Source of the DNA: a virus
Virus record (IMG/VR): IMGVR_UViG_3300030397_000812
Span: 286-64,285 of that record
Strand: one strand, 5' to 3'
DNA length: 64,000 nt
The notes below the pieces were generated by a model. It worked only from the letters and a program-made list of their open reading frames with translations. It did not search any database and was not told the DNA's origin. Made by a program: the position numbers and the translations under genes. Positions 15,356 through 24,709 of this stretch are shown piece after piece (position 1 is the stretch's first letter; each line of letters opens with the position of its first letter).

Positions 15356-15887
15356 GCACTTCAAGAAGTGGATGAATGAAAAGAGAGAAAGGCAAAAACT
15401 TACCCATTTTGATTTGAAGCACCTGTTTGACTTTGCTGAATACCATAAGTCTCAGATGGACATGGACCTCCTCACATCCGTGAGTGATAGTGAATTCGAG
15501 CGGATAGCTAAAGAAACCACGGCTGAGTTTTTTATGCTGAAGTGGGATGTTATTGAGGGCATGGTAAGGATTGAGGATTACGTGGATGCTAGAAGTGCGT
15601 TTTCCTTTATCATGAAGTCCAGGGGGTTAACACTTAAGCAGATAGGTAAAATACTTAATGGAAGGGATCATTCCTCTGTTATAAACTTGCTTCAGAGAAT
15701 CGATTCCAGAAAGGGGTTATGGGGGAGGATTTCACTATTAAGCAAGGTAATTGAATCAAAAATAATTGTAGATGAATATAGACGAGATAGAGAAACAGGA
15801 GAAGGAGTTGAAGGAAAGACTCAGCCATCTGGGCAAGATAAAAAGCAGTCTACAAGCACTATGCGATCACTTAGACGAGAAAGGTGA
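15318..15887 (+). CDS. Protein with DnaA domain IV-like HTH
   Basis: ARSAFSFIM...LTLKQIGKILNGRDHSSVINLLQRI matches the DnaA C-terminal signature (IGxxFGGRDHTTV). Confidence 0.75.
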   Translation: MRKMTSYTKQLGEHFKKWMNEKRERQKLTHFDLKHLFDFAEYHKSQMDMDLLTSVSDSEFERIAKETTAEFFMLKWDVIEGMVRIEDYVDARSAFSFIMKSRGLTLKQIGKILNGRDHSSVINLLQRIDSRKGLWGRISLLSKVIESKIIVDEYRRDRETGEGVEGKTQPSGQDKKQSTSTMRSLRRER

Positions 15888-15969
15888 ATCGACCTTTGTT
15901 TACATCGGACACGACAGTCACTACGCGTGGGACAGGTGCACTAAATGCGGTGAGTTGCAAAAACAATGA
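15772..15969 (+). CDS. Small coiled-coil/Zn-ribbon hypothetical protein
   Basis: C..H...HDSH...CTKCG; coupled to recombinase start. Confidence 0.6.
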   Translation: MNIDEIEKQEKELKERLSHLGKIKSSLQALCDHLDEKGESTFVYIGHDSHYAWDRCTKCGELQKQ

Positions 15970-17210
15970 AGCCAGGACTTTACTTTTCCCTAGAGGATGG
16001 CGTAGTCTACGCAAGGGTTAAGATCAATGGTACCACAAAGAAGTTCAGCACCAGAATTAAGATCGATGACAAGAGGAACTTCAAACACGGCGGCGTTATG
16101 CCTAGGGATATGTACACCCGGTCCGCTGATCAAAATCTGAGAGACTTACGAGACAAGTTCGATCGAATAAAAATAGAGCCCTATCATACCGCCGTGATGA
16201 TTCGGGATATGCTTCGGGACGAATACATTGAGGGTCAGAATGAATTCACCCTAATGAACGCCATGGAGCACGGTCTTTCTCTTTCTAAGTTGACGGTTGT
16301 TGAGAACACATATAATCAGTATGTTGTGGAAGTGGAGAGTTTTCGGAAATGGTTTAAATACCACACTGGGTATGAGGATGTAGCTCTCAGTGGAATCACC
16401 AATAAAATAGGAGTTTCCTTTGTTGAATCTTGTATTCAGGATAATCAAAAGACTGGGACCATAAAGCGCAAATTATCCATCCTTGGTAAATTCTACGATG
16501 ATTATGTCCTAGACTACCAGGATGAAGTTGCAGCTCCTCAAAATCCATTCTCCACCGCAACACGACTCGTCAGTCGAATGAAGTCTAAGGTGAAGAAAGA
16601 GAGTAGCAAGGAGTTTATCATGAAGTACTGGCACCAAGAAGAGGAGGTCAAGCAGATTCGTGAATTCAAATTCATGGGATCCAAGAAACACAAATATGAA
16701 AGATATAGGTGGGCAGCTATGTGGCAGATTGTTACCGGATGGTCTTTTGATGATATGGGGTCCGATGATTGGGAGATTAAAGAATTGGACGGGAAAAGAT
16801 ACATTAAGATTATAAGGGGTAAGACGCTGAATCCTTGCTATATTCCATTTTCTGAAGAGATTGAATTTGTTCGCAAAAAGCTAAAGGAGAACTGCTTGGG
16901 GGGAAGATTATTTCCATTCAAAAGATTCATCAAGAATGGGAAAACAAATCTCAAACTAAAAGACAGTGAGTACGGTAAATACACTAGGTTCTTAGCTAAG
17001 TTTACTAGAATGTTGGGTTTCGATGAAATGAGAACCCATAAATTCAGACATACATTTGGTATGACCATGTCTAAGCGAGGGTACACCACAAACCAGATCG
17101 CCAAAATGATGGGTCACGCCAACCCAGCCACCACAGAAGGATTCTATGTGACGGAGACTGAAGAACAAATAGTTAGTGAAATGCTTGCAATTAAACCCAA
17201 TTCCAAGTAA
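15966..17210 (+). CDS. int: Tyrosine recombinase (Bacteroidota IntDOT-like)
   Basis: N-terminal arm-binding-like and SAM-like regions; TGWS (Arg-I replaced by Ser), RGKT, HKFRHTF, MMGH, catalytic Tyr in TEGFY. Confidence 0.9.
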   Translation: MKPGLYFSLEDGVVYARVKINGTTKKFSTRIKIDDKRNFKHGGVMPRDMYTRSADQNLRDLRDKFDRIKIEPYHTAVMIRDMLRDEYIEGQNEFTLMNAMEHGLSLSKLTVVENTYNQYVVEVESFRKWFKYHTGYEDVALSGITNKIGVSFVESCIQDNQKTGTIKRKLSILGKFYDDYVLDYQDEVAAPQNPFSTATRLVSRMKSKVKKESSKEFIMKYWHQEEEVKQIREFKFMGSKKHKYERYRWAAMWQIVTGWSFDDMGSDDWEIKELDGKRYIKIIRGKTLNPCYIPFSEEIEFVRKKLKENCLGGRLFPFKRFIKNGKTNLKLKDSEYGKYTRFLAKFTRMLGFDEMRTHKFRHTFGMTMSKRGYTTNQIAKMMGHANPATTEGFYVTETEEQIVSEMLAIKPNSK

Positions 17211-17215
17211 TTTAG
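17208..17215 (+). promoter_or_regulatory. -7 promoter box variant TAATTTAG
   Basis: 4 nt upstream of GTG 17220. Confidence 0.4.
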
Positions 17216-17219
17216 CTAC

Positions 17220-17423
17220 GTGGAATTCAGAATAGATGTTTTTGACAGAGCCGTTCTTGACGGCAAAGTGATTGGTGATTTTAAATCCCTCCAGAAAGAA
17301 ATACAAGATTCCAGAATGGATCTTGTCCAGAAATACAAAATCAAAGCTGTGTATGCAGGGAACGCTCAGTTCCGGTATATAGCCGATTGGGAAATGATAA
17401 TCAGAGAGTATTATGCCGTCTAG
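17220..17423 (+). CDS. Hypothetical protein
   Basis: GTG start; operon context. Confidence 0.55.
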   Translation: MEFRIDVFDRAVLDGKVIGDFKSLQKEIQDSRMDLVQKYKIKAVYAGNAQFRYIADWEMIIREYYAV

Positions 17424-17745
17424 AATTTCCAAAAGAAAATCTCGACCAGAGGAGGAATTAAAGAAGAGCCTGGATTACGTCAAAAAATCCATGAACGAAA
17501 TGTTTGATCTATCTTCCAGGACCCAAGAGAAGGTCAAGGAATATTTCAAAACCATTAACAGCATCGAAGATAATTACGATGAGCTGACTATGACAAAGAA
17601 TGAGAGGTATAAAGAGGTCCAGGATTTCAAAATGTCGTACGAGAAAGTTCTCGCGTTCGAAAACTGGAACAAGAACGTATTCTCTCCAGGAATCACTGGA
17701 TTAAAATCATCGTTAAGATCACTTAAAGACAAATTAGGTTTATGA
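17413..17745 (+). CDS. Coiled-coil hypothetical protein
   Basis: Helical, K/E-rich. Confidence 0.65.
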   Translation: MPSRISKRKSRPEEELKKSLDYVKKSMNEMFDLSSRTQEKVKEYFKTINSIEDNYDELTMTKNERYKEVQDFKMSYEKVLAFENWNKNVFSPGITGLKSSLRSLKDKLGL

Positions 17746-18794
17746 GCTTCACTCACAACACATTCGATCCATTCAAATTCGACATATACGAAGTTGTCGG
17801 AGATATGTCAAATCACGATTATCATAGTCGAGACGAGATATCTTCTTCATTCGTGAAAGGGGTTAGCAAGCACTCAGTGGGAAGGGCTTTAATCCCTTTG
17901 GATCAAGAAGCCTCGTTTCTTTTGTTTGGCGACATGTTTCATGAAAAAATGGAGCTCGGTATAATTTCTGATCGATTCGCCATTAAACCGGAGAAAGGAC
18001 AATGCGGAACAAAGCTTGCTGAGCTGGATGATGAGGACTTGAAGAAATTTGGAAGAGCCTGGGGCAGAGCTAAAATGGATGAAAATATCATTAGCGTTTC
18101 TGGAAGGGGAGACAAAACGGTAGTTTCAAGGGCTAATGATTTTCGAGTTGAATTTAATGGCAAGAAATACATCGGAACACCTGACGGAGTTTTCGAAGAA
18201 AGAGAAGACACTTCTTGGAACGGTTCCACTACCGATGGGAAAGAATGGAAAGCTGCGAACGAAGGTAAGATCATAATGACTCAGGCTGAGGTTTCCGCAG
18301 CCGAAGGGATGTTTGAATCCGCGATGCAAGTTCCATTCCTAAGAAAATTACTTGACAATCCGAATCTAGTCAGAAAAGACGAGTACAGTTTTTTTGGTTC
18401 TGGAGATGATTCTAGAACTAAAGGACTGAATTTCAGGATTAGACCAGATGTTCACTTCACCACAAAAGATGAGGGAAAGATTGAATACATTGTTGATTGG
18501 AAGTCAGCTGCCGATATCCGGAAGCTTCAAAAATGGGGATTCACTGATCTTGGATACGACATTCAAGCTGTGTTCTATTCCGATTTCTTAGGAATGGATC
18601 CTAGGAGGTTTCTTTTTGTGGTTGTTGAGAAGGAACCGCCCTACACTGCTAGGATCATGAGATTGTCTAATGATTCCATCGATTACGCTAGAGAGAAAAT
18701 GGGACATGCAATTAGCCGGATCAGGGACTGGAAAAACAATCCCCTCGACGTGGATATTGACTCGAAAACTTTACCATTAATAATTGAGATATGA
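17742..18794 (+). CDS. PD-(D/E)XK exonuclease (RecE/exonuclease VIII, DUF3799-like)
   Basis: MSNHDYH...ISSS, GDMFHEKM, RPD, IVDWK, YDIQAVFY, FVVVEKEPPY. Confidence 0.85.
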   Translation: MSFTHNTFDPFKFDIYEVVGDMSNHDYHSRDEISSSFVKGVSKHSVGRALIPLDQEASFLLFGDMFHEKMELGIISDRFAIKPEKGQCGTKLAELDDEDLKKFGRAWGRAKMDENIISVSGRGDKTVVSRANDFRVEFNGKKYIGTPDGVFEEREDTSWNGSTTDGKEWKAANEGKIIMTQAEVSAAEGMFESAMQVPFLRKLLDNPNLVRKDEYSFFGSGDDSRTKGLNFRIRPDVHFTTKDEGKIEYIVDWKSAADIRKLQKWGFTDLGYDIQAVFYSDFLGMDPRRFLFVVVEKEPPYTARIMRLSNDSIDYAREKMGHAISRIRDWKNNPLDVDIDSKTLPLIIEI

Positions 18795-18982
18795 ACTGGA
18801 GTGAATTTTGGAGCTCTCTCAGTGACGCTAAAACCACCCTTTCTCAAGCTGATACTGTAACTAGAGAAATAGCCTCTACGATGGTGGGTAGACTGAGAAA
18901 AGTTGATAGCGTCTACACGTTGAGACAATTGAAAAAGGAATTAAAGGAGTTTGACGCCAAAACGGGAGAATGGAAGAATTGA
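18791..18982 (+). CDS. Conserved small phage protein
   Basis: GRLR...LRQLKKELKEFDAKTGEWK pattern. Confidence 0.7.
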   Translation: MNWSEFWSSLSDAKTTLSQADTVTREIASTMVGRLRKVDSVYTLRQLKKELKEFDAKTGEWKN

Positions 18983-19317
18983 ACATCGAAATCCTAACGC
19001 AATGTGTGCGGAAACAATTCGCCATATCAAAAAAGGGTCCAGGACTCTTACCTTGTGATACGGAATGGGAAGATTCTGTGCATTCCGCAAATGCGGTAAT
19101 GACGTTTCTTTTAACAATAGCTCAGTTTGATGAATCTCAAATAATGTCAGAGCTCGGCATGACTCCCGCCGAATTCATGCCGGTAAGAAAACTCTCAAAG
19201 AAAATATGGGAGGATGATCGACACTCCAAGAAGGTTATGCTATGTATCAACAGATACTTTAATTTCACTGGAGATTTGTATTTTCGGAATGAAATATCTA
19301 AATTGCCAACACATTAA
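18970..19317 (+). CDS. Hypothetical protein
   Basis: Operon context. Confidence 0.6.
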   Translation: MEELNIEILTQCVRKQFAISKKGPGLLPCDTEWEDSVHSANAVMTFLLTIAQFDESQIMSELGMTPAEFMPVRKLSKKIWEDDRHSKKVMLCINRYFNFTGDLYFRNEISKLPTH

Positions 19318-19338
19318 TTAACCAATAACTATTTAGCT

Positions 19339-20061
19339 ATGTCTTTTGGACAGAATGAAGGGGGCACCCTATTATATGTATCGGTTGTTGCTGGCAAGTT
19401 TGCCTCAAAACTTCCAAACATTTCAGACGCTTACGAGGACGGTGACGTAAACGGGAAACTAAAACCTAATCACCGAGTCAGGATGAACAAGAATAGTGAG
19501 CAAGTTGCTGAGTTCACCTTTGATTCAGCCGATGGGATGATCGATCGGTTTGAAACTCGTGAGAGCGATTTCGGAACGCAAATTTCGATCAGCCTGAAAT
19601 TTGAAGACGGGACTATTGTGGTCATCTCCACCAATGCGTTTAACGACGACGGAGATACGCTCACATCTATCGCTTCATCTATCGGGGACCAGATTGGTCT
19701 TGTTGACTTCAACAAAGAACTGAAGATTGGTCTTTCGAAAAGAGATGGTAAGGTTCGTGGAATTTCTTTTGAGCAAGATGGCGTGTACATCCCTAGTACA
19801 AAGGAAAATGAAGCGTTCAAGGAGCACATCTCCCAGAGACCACAAGCCACGAAGAAAAATGGTCTGCAAGGTGAGAAATGGGATTTCTCCGCCCCATCGG
19901 AATGGCAATGGGGTCAGATCCAAGCAGCACTCGACAGATTTACTTCTGAAAGGACCAGCGGTGATCAAGCCACTTCTGGTTCTGGTTCCGACTCAGAGAA
20001 AGGGATCGAGTTCCCTAATATCGACGATGAATCGGATAAGAAAGACGATCTGCCGTTTTAA
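19339..20061 (+). CDS. Putative single-stranded DNA-binding protein
   Basis: Beta-rich core, disordered acidic tail ending DDLPF; lies between exonuclease and primase-helicase. Confidence 0.7.
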   Translation: MSFGQNEGGTLLYVSVVAGKFASKLPNISDAYEDGDVNGKLKPNHRVRMNKNSEQVAEFTFDSADGMIDRFETRESDFGTQISISLKFEDGTIVVISTNAFNDDGDTLTSIASSIGDQIGLVDFNKELKIGLSKRDGKVRGISFEQDGVYIPSTKENEAFKEHISQRPQATKKNGLQGEKWDFSAPSEWQWGQIQAALDRFTSERTSGDQATSGSGSDSEKGIEFPNIDDESDKKDDLPF

Positions 20062-20086
20062 TCGGACAAACATCTACCTTTTCAGA

Positions 20087-20116
20087 AAGCCCTCTCCAGT
20101 CGGAGGGGGTTTTTTA
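20087..20116 (+). terminator. Intrinsic terminator
   Basis: AAGCCCTCTCC-AGTC-GGAGGGGGT followed by T-run. Confidence 0.8.
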
Positions 20117-20139
20117 ATCTTCATTTTTACATTCAATGA

Positions 20140-20535
20140 ATGACATACGCTGAGAAATTGATAGACGAAAATCCTGTGTGGGATGACTTAAGCAAAGAGG
20201 AGCGGCTCATTGTTTTGTACATGATCGTCAAAACAAATGCTGCCGGGGTCTTTTATTTCTCGGAAAAGAAGACTAATTTCGTCACGGGATTAGATGACTC
20301 ATCAAAGTTATTAGACTCCATAGAGAATCATGGATTAGTCATTCAAGATAAGGGCACTAGAGAGGTTTGGTTCAAGGATTACATGAAGGTCCACAACCCC
20401 ATCATCGGAACAGGGAACTTCATTAAGAAATTCAAATATGACAGTAATGAAATCAAAAGCGAGAACATTAAAGGGAGAATGAGGGAGCTTTGGAAGGAAT
20501 TATCAGAAGCTAAAAAGAAAACCAATGGAGAGTAA
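20140..20535 (+). CDS. Winged-helix-like replication accessory/initiator candidate
   Basis: WDDLSKEERLIVLYMIVKTNAAG...FVTGL resembles N-terminal wHTH of phage replisome organisers; directly precedes primase-helicase. Confidence 0.5.
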   Translation: MTYAEKLIDENPVWDDLSKEERLIVLYMIVKTNAAGVFYFSEKKTNFVTGLDDSSKLLDSIENHGLVIQDKGTREVWFKDYMKVHNPIIGTGNFIKKFKYDSNEIKSENIKGRMRELWKELSEAKKKTNGE

Positions 20536-22546
20536 GGGATTCGAAAATAATCGATCCAGAGTTGCTCCAAATTGTCCTTGCGGAAAAAGCAACAAGGACG
20601 GAAAATTCGCCCCATTCAAGGGGGAAACTAAATATGGGAAATGTCATTCATGCTCTGATGTATTTTTTCCTCCATCAGATGACAGCAACGCTCCAATAAC
20701 CAACGCTAAACAGCAGTATGTAGATCCTAAAATTGTTGAGCAGTCTCAGGAAATTGTTCATAACGACCCTTTTTTTAAGTACTTTGAAGGAGTTGTTGGT
20801 GATTCAGAAAAGGCTCAAGCTCACCTAAAGTCCATGGGTGTTGGCTCCAGAAATGGATTCACCACTTTCTGGATGATCGATCAGCACGGTAGGGTATGCC
20901 TTCCGAAGGGGATCAAGTACAATGAAGACGGGACCAGGGTTCAAGATCACAATACTGGTGTTGCGAGAGAGAAGGAATTTAATGGGAAAAACGCTTATTA
21001 CCCATCCCTTTTCAATGGATCTTCTATAGATAAGGGACTACCCATTGTTGTTGTCGAATCCGAGAAGAGTGCAGCCATGGCTCAGTACTTCTTTCCAGAG
21101 TACACCTGGGTGTCTCCTGGCGGCGCCACTGCGCTAGATTACGATAAAGCCCTACCACTCAGAGGAAGGGATGTAATCCTTTTGTACGACGCCGATAAAG
21201 CCGGAAGGGAGGGTGCAATAAAAGCTTTCAGTCTACTTACTGAAAAGCTGGAGTGTAACGTTAAAGATTTAGAGCTAACTCCCGACAGGACAGATGGTTA
21301 TGACATAGCCGACATCATAAACGATTTCTCCGGAAATGAAGATGTTATGGCTCAAGTTTCTGAGAAACTGAGTGAGGCTGAAAAGAAATTATCTCCAGAT
21401 AAACGCCCAGAAGTCATCCGAATGAGCAAGGAAAGGCTCAAGGAAAATAGACGTTCAGGTAAAAAACATAAGGGTGAAACAACACACTTTCATGAATTGG
21501 ACCCAAATTTCCTATGGAAGAAAAGGAATGTTTACACGTTCACTGGATTGCCGGGTGCCGGTAAATCTGAGGTCACGTTATTTCTATCGTTCCTGAAAGC
21601 AAAGTTCTCAAATTGGAAATTTATACTGTTTGTCCCTGAATCACTATCATCAAATGACGAGGGAGAATGGACTGATGAGGTTATTGTCGATCGACTAGCC
21701 CATACTTACTGGGGCATAACGTCAGATATCGAGCACATTCCGAACATGACTGATGCCCAATACGATGAGGCAATAGACTGGGTCCATGAGCACTTTACGA
21801 TAATCATGCCGGACACGCTTCTCGCTAAGCAGTATGATGTTATAAGAGTTGCCGAGGAAGTGAATGAGGAATTCGGGAAGCATGATGCAATTATTGTGGA
21901 CCCATTCAACACGCTTGATGTCCCCCAAAGAAAAGATGAATTACTTGATCAGGCGAATCGTCGGACTATTTACGAAGCTAAGAACTGGACGGTCCGAAAC
22001 AACATGGCGTGGATCTACGTCACGCATCCTGGCAAGCCGATGCGGACTAAGGATGGTGGAGTCATCAAACCAACACTATACGATATACGTGGGGGAATGG
22101 GGTTCGTCAATGGTTCGGACGTCGGCGTCATAATACATAGACCTTATTACAATTTACCAATGGCTCCGTGGAAAGAGGGGGAGATCCCAGGCACCCAGCA
22201 CCCATTGGTTGAATTTACAGTCGCGAAACTTAAGGAGAAGTTCGCTTTAGGAGCTGAGGAGGGAACCGTGGAGATATTCTTTCACAAGAAGACGAATAGG
22301 TATCAGAACTCGTACGGATTATCTCCGCTTGACGATGCGTACAGGAGTAATTACACCCCGGGGAAAGACAACTACGGGAGACTTCCTGAAGCCCCTATTA
22401 CAGAAGAGATTGTATTAGGCGATGAGAGAAGTTTGATTCCGATAAAAAACATTCAAGGTTCCTTGGAATTTAAGAAAGATGAGGGTAAGTTTGAGGACCA
22501 AGACGTCGAAAGTCTTTTAGATGAGGATGATGATCCTCCATTTTAA
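20525..22546 (+). CDS. Primase-helicase (Zn-ribbon + TOPRIM + RecA-like helicase)
   Basis: CPCG...CHSC; VVESEKSA and YDADKAG TOPRIM motifs; Walker A TGLPGAGKS; IIVDPFN; VTHP; acidic DDDPPF tail. Confidence 0.9.
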   Translation: MESKGFENNRSRVAPNCPCGKSNKDGKFAPFKGETKYGKCHSCSDVFFPPSDDSNAPITNAKQQYVDPKIVEQSQEIVHNDPFFKYFEGVVGDSEKAQAHLKSMGVGSRNGFTTFWMIDQHGRVCLPKGIKYNEDGTRVQDHNTGVAREKEFNGKNAYYPSLFNGSSIDKGLPIVVVESEKSAAMAQYFFPEYTWVSPGGATALDYDKALPLRGRDVILLYDADKAGREGAIKAFSLLTEKLECNVKDLELTPDRTDGYDIADIINDFSGNEDVMAQVSEKLSEAEKKLSPDKRPEVIRMSKERLKENRRSGKKHKGETTHFHELDPNFLWKKRNVYTFTGLPGAGKSEVTLFLSFLKAKFSNWKFILFVPESLSSNDEGEWTDEVIVDRLAHTYWGITSDIEHIPNMTDAQYDEAIDWVHEHFTIIMPDTLLAKQYDVIRVAEEVNEEFGKHDAIIVDPFNTLDVPQRKDELLDQANRRTIYEAKNWTVRNNMAWIYVTHPGKPMRTKDGGVIKPTLYDIRGGMGFVNGSDVGVIIHRPYYNLPMAPWKEGEIPGTQHPLVEFTVAKLKEKFALGAEEGTVEIFFHKKTNRYQNSYGLSPLDDAYRSNYTPGKDNYGRLPEAPITEEIVLGDERSLIPIKNIQGSLEFKKDEGKFEDQDVESLLDEDDDPPF

Positions 22547-22557
22547 ACAACAACATC

Positions 22558-22815
22558 ATGCAAATAGAAAAGAAAAAACTAGCAGAGCTCAGACTCGCAC
22601 TTGAGGACGCGTGGAGAAATGTCATAAAACTCAATAACGGAGAAGTTGTGACACTTAAAGGATCTCAAGATCCAGGATTACTGATGGCTATGCTGGATTA
22701 CATGCCGGTATCATATGGCGTGAGGGCAGATCTTGCATTAATGGGATCCCTAGATGAATCAACCATTTCTTTTGCGCTAGGGAGCGTTGATGCGGGAGTT
22801 TTTGGAGAGGATTAA
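22558..22815 (+). CDS. Hypothetical protein
   Basis: ORF after A-rich leader. Confidence 0.6.
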   Translation: MQIEKKKLAELRLALEDAWRNVIKLNNGEVVTLKGSQDPGLLMAMLDYMPVSYGVRADLALMGSLDESTISFALGSVDAGVFGED

Positions 22816-22831
22816 ATCGCCGGGTTCTATT

Positions 22832-22862
22832 TAAGGTTTTAGAACTTTCTAGAGTTCTAAAT
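22832..22862. terminator. AT-rich hairpin between convergent units
   Basis: TTTAGAACT-TTCTAG-AGTTCTAAA between ORF end 22815 (+) and tRNA 3' end (-). Confidence 0.45.
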
Positions 22863-22864
22863 TG

Positions 22865-22938
22865 TAGCGGGAGAGGGATTCGAACCCCCGACCTCTAGGT
22901 TATGAGCCTAGCGAGCTACCGGACTGCTCCACCCCGCT
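22865..22938 (-). tRNA. tRNA-Met (CAT), fMet-like body
   Basis: Full cloverleaf AGCGGGG...TCCCGCT-A; anticodon loop CT-CAT-AA (22904-22902); A1-U72 paired and AGG/CCT anticodon stem, so not a canonical initiator; no encoded CCA. Confidence 0.95.
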
Positions 22939-22942
22939 TACG

Positions 22943-22950
22943 CAAATATA
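22943..22950 (-). promoter_or_regulatory. Bacteroidota -7 box TATATTTG (tRNA promoter)
   Basis: 4 nt upstream of tRNA 5' end. Confidence 0.7.
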
Positions 22951-22989
22951 TGTAGAATAAATGACTTATCTTAATAGTATTTTTTTACG

Positions 22990-22997
22990 TAAATTTG
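22990..22997 (+). promoter_or_regulatory. Bacteroidota -7 box TAAATTTG (divergent from tRNA promoter)
   Basis: 4 nt upstream of ATG 23002. Confidence 0.65.
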
Positions 22998-23057
22998 CTA
23001 TATGTCAACCAAGATATTTGCCGATTCGGGGGTAATTAATTTTGAAAAATACAAATA

Positions 23058-23495
23058 GTGGTCACAAGGACCAATTACCCTGGTCATCTGTATTTTGGAG
23101 ATCAATCGAACGCAGGGAATGTCACGGTAAGGCAAGCTACGACCATTGTAAATGAATTTGCTGAAATACCAGCAGGAAAGGGGCAAACTCAAGTATTACA
23201 ATTCACGATACCTAAGGGTAAATCAGGTTTATTAAAGAGAGTTAGATACAACATTACTAGAGCGAATGGATCTTTAGGGTCTGCGACAATAGAATTATCA
23301 ACAAGAGAATTGGGCGGTGGCTGGCAGGTAAAGAGAAGTTTCGAGATCCAAACAGGCTCCCCTGTTGAATTCACTCAATGGGGCGCAGATTTCATACATG
23401 AACAAACAGACATTAGGTCAAGGGTGGTCTTTGTATCGGACAACAACACTATTGTAGACGGTGCTTACGAAATTTTACTAGAAGACAATGATTAA
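23058..23495 (+). CDS. Beta-sandwich protein resembling the C-terminal part of a phage structural protein
   Basis: AGNVT...IPAGKGQTQ...FTIPKGKSG...EQTDIR motifs; preceded by 18-aa ORF 23002-23058 with TAGTG overlap. Confidence 0.55.
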   Translation: MVTRTNYPGHLYFGDQSNAGNVTVRQATTIVNEFAEIPAGKGQTQVLQFTIPKGKSGLLKRVRYNITRANGSLGSATIELSTRELGGGWQVKRSFEIQTGSPVEFTQWGADFIHEQTDIRSRVVFVSDNNTIVDGAYEILLEDND

Positions 23496-23700
23496 TATCA
23501 TAAAAAAATCCAGGCGACTCAAGTATTTGGTTAGTGTAGATGTTTACGATAAGCGTGAAAAAAAAGTTGAATACAACTATTTGATAGAATTAGCCTTCAT
23601 CGATGGGTCCACCATTTCCAGAACGTACAAAAACAAATTCTCAGCATTCATTGCTGAATTCTTCTTCAAATACCTTAGTATAGGTTGGATTAAGGGGTAG
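23488..23700 (+). CDS. Hypothetical protein
   Basis: Overlapping ORF. Confidence 0.55.
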   Translation: MINIIKKSRRLKYLVSVDVYDKREKKVEYNYLIELAFIDGSTISRTYKNKFSAFIAEFFFKYLSIGWIKG

Positions 23701-23727
23701 AAAATCTATTCCAATTCCTTTTTTTGC

Positions 23728-23735
23728 TATCTTAG
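23728..23735 (+). promoter_or_regulatory. -7 box variant TATCTTAG
   Basis: 4 nt upstream of ruvC ATG. Confidence 0.45.
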
Positions 23736-23739
23736 TGAT

Positions 23740-24192
23740 ATGAAATTCAAAGGACACAATCCTCCATTGATCGCGCTGGATATAGCCACTGTTCTAGGAT
23801 ATGCAACTCCAGATTGCTCAGGCTCTTACAATTTGACAAAGGATAACCGAGAGACCAACTTGTACTGGTTTCTGCATGATCTATACGCGGCTTATGAAAT
23901 GGAGGTAATAGCGGTGGAGAGGGCTGCTGGTCAACATAAGAATTCACTTATCGTGATGGCGCATCTACGAGGTGTTGTGAATTTGTTCGCGAAGCATCAC
24001 GATATCAAGGTGGTGGAGTTTTCCCCAGGCACTATAAAGAAGTTTTTCACCGGAAACGGTAGGGCGAGTAAGGAAGAGATGATGGAAGAGTTCATGTCCT
24101 GGACGTGCAGGATTCCGGTAGATGACAATGAGGCTGATGCTTATGCATTATTTCAACTAGCAAAAAGAGACCAATACGGATTATATGATTAA
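23740..24192 (+). CDS. ruvC: RuvC-like Holliday junction resolvase
   Basis: IALDIA, IAVER, SPGTIKKFFTGNGRASKEEM, DDNEADAYAL. Confidence 0.9.
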   Translation: MKFKGHNPPLIALDIATVLGYATPDCSGSYNLTKDNRETNLYWFLHDLYAAYEMEVIAVERAAGQHKNSLIVMAHLRGVVNLFAKHHDIKVVEFSPGTIKKFFTGNGRASKEEMMEEFMSWTCRIPVDDNEADAYALFQLAKRDQYGLYD

Positions 24193-24709
24193 AATCGATC
24201 TTCCGGCTGCGTCGGAATACCAGATAAAACAGTGTGAGCTCTTCACGGAATACGTGTATGAGACGAGTGAAAAAATGTACAAATCCAGAGGGTCCCACAA
24301 TGAATCAAAAATTAAGGCGGATATCTTCAACGGCAGAGTTGCTGAGTGTATGGTTTTTAATTTTCTTGATGGCGACGGGATTAAACCGACATCACCTGAT
24401 TTTGCGATCTACAGGAGAAAGAGAAAAAGCTTTGACGCTGATTTACTCGCTGGAAATGAGTTATTTCACGTTAAGAGCTGTCTTTCCGAATCACCTTATC
24501 CTAATTCATGGCTCTTTCAGAAAACCGACCCTCTTGTACGCTCCACGGATGAAAATCACCGCCTATGTCTCTGCGTTATAACAGAGGTTGGAATCAGTGG
24601 TTATGCGTACTTTTGTACACTTGATGAGATCGGATTTAGATCTCCCATTGTCCCACACCTAGGGCGTACCAAATTAGCAATTTACGAAGACGATTTAAAA
24701 AATGACTGA
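24185..24709 (+). CDS. PD-(D/E)XK restriction-endonuclease-like protein
   Basis: GRVAECMV...DADL...HVKS spacing typical of this fold. Confidence 0.55.
   Translation: MIKIDLPAASEYQIKQCELFTEYVYETSEKMYKSRGSHNESKIKADIFNGRVAECMVFNFLDGDGIKPTSPDFAIYRRKRKSFDADLLAGNELFHVKSCLSESPYPNSWLFQKTDPLVRSTDENHRLCLCVITEVGISGYAYFCTLDEIGFRSPIVPHLGRTKLAIYEDDLKND

Noticed and set aside
22865-22938. tRNA as attB/attP marking a prophage boundary
   Set aside because: Phage genes continue on both sides, it has its own phage-type promoter, and no duplicated 3' end flanks host DNA.
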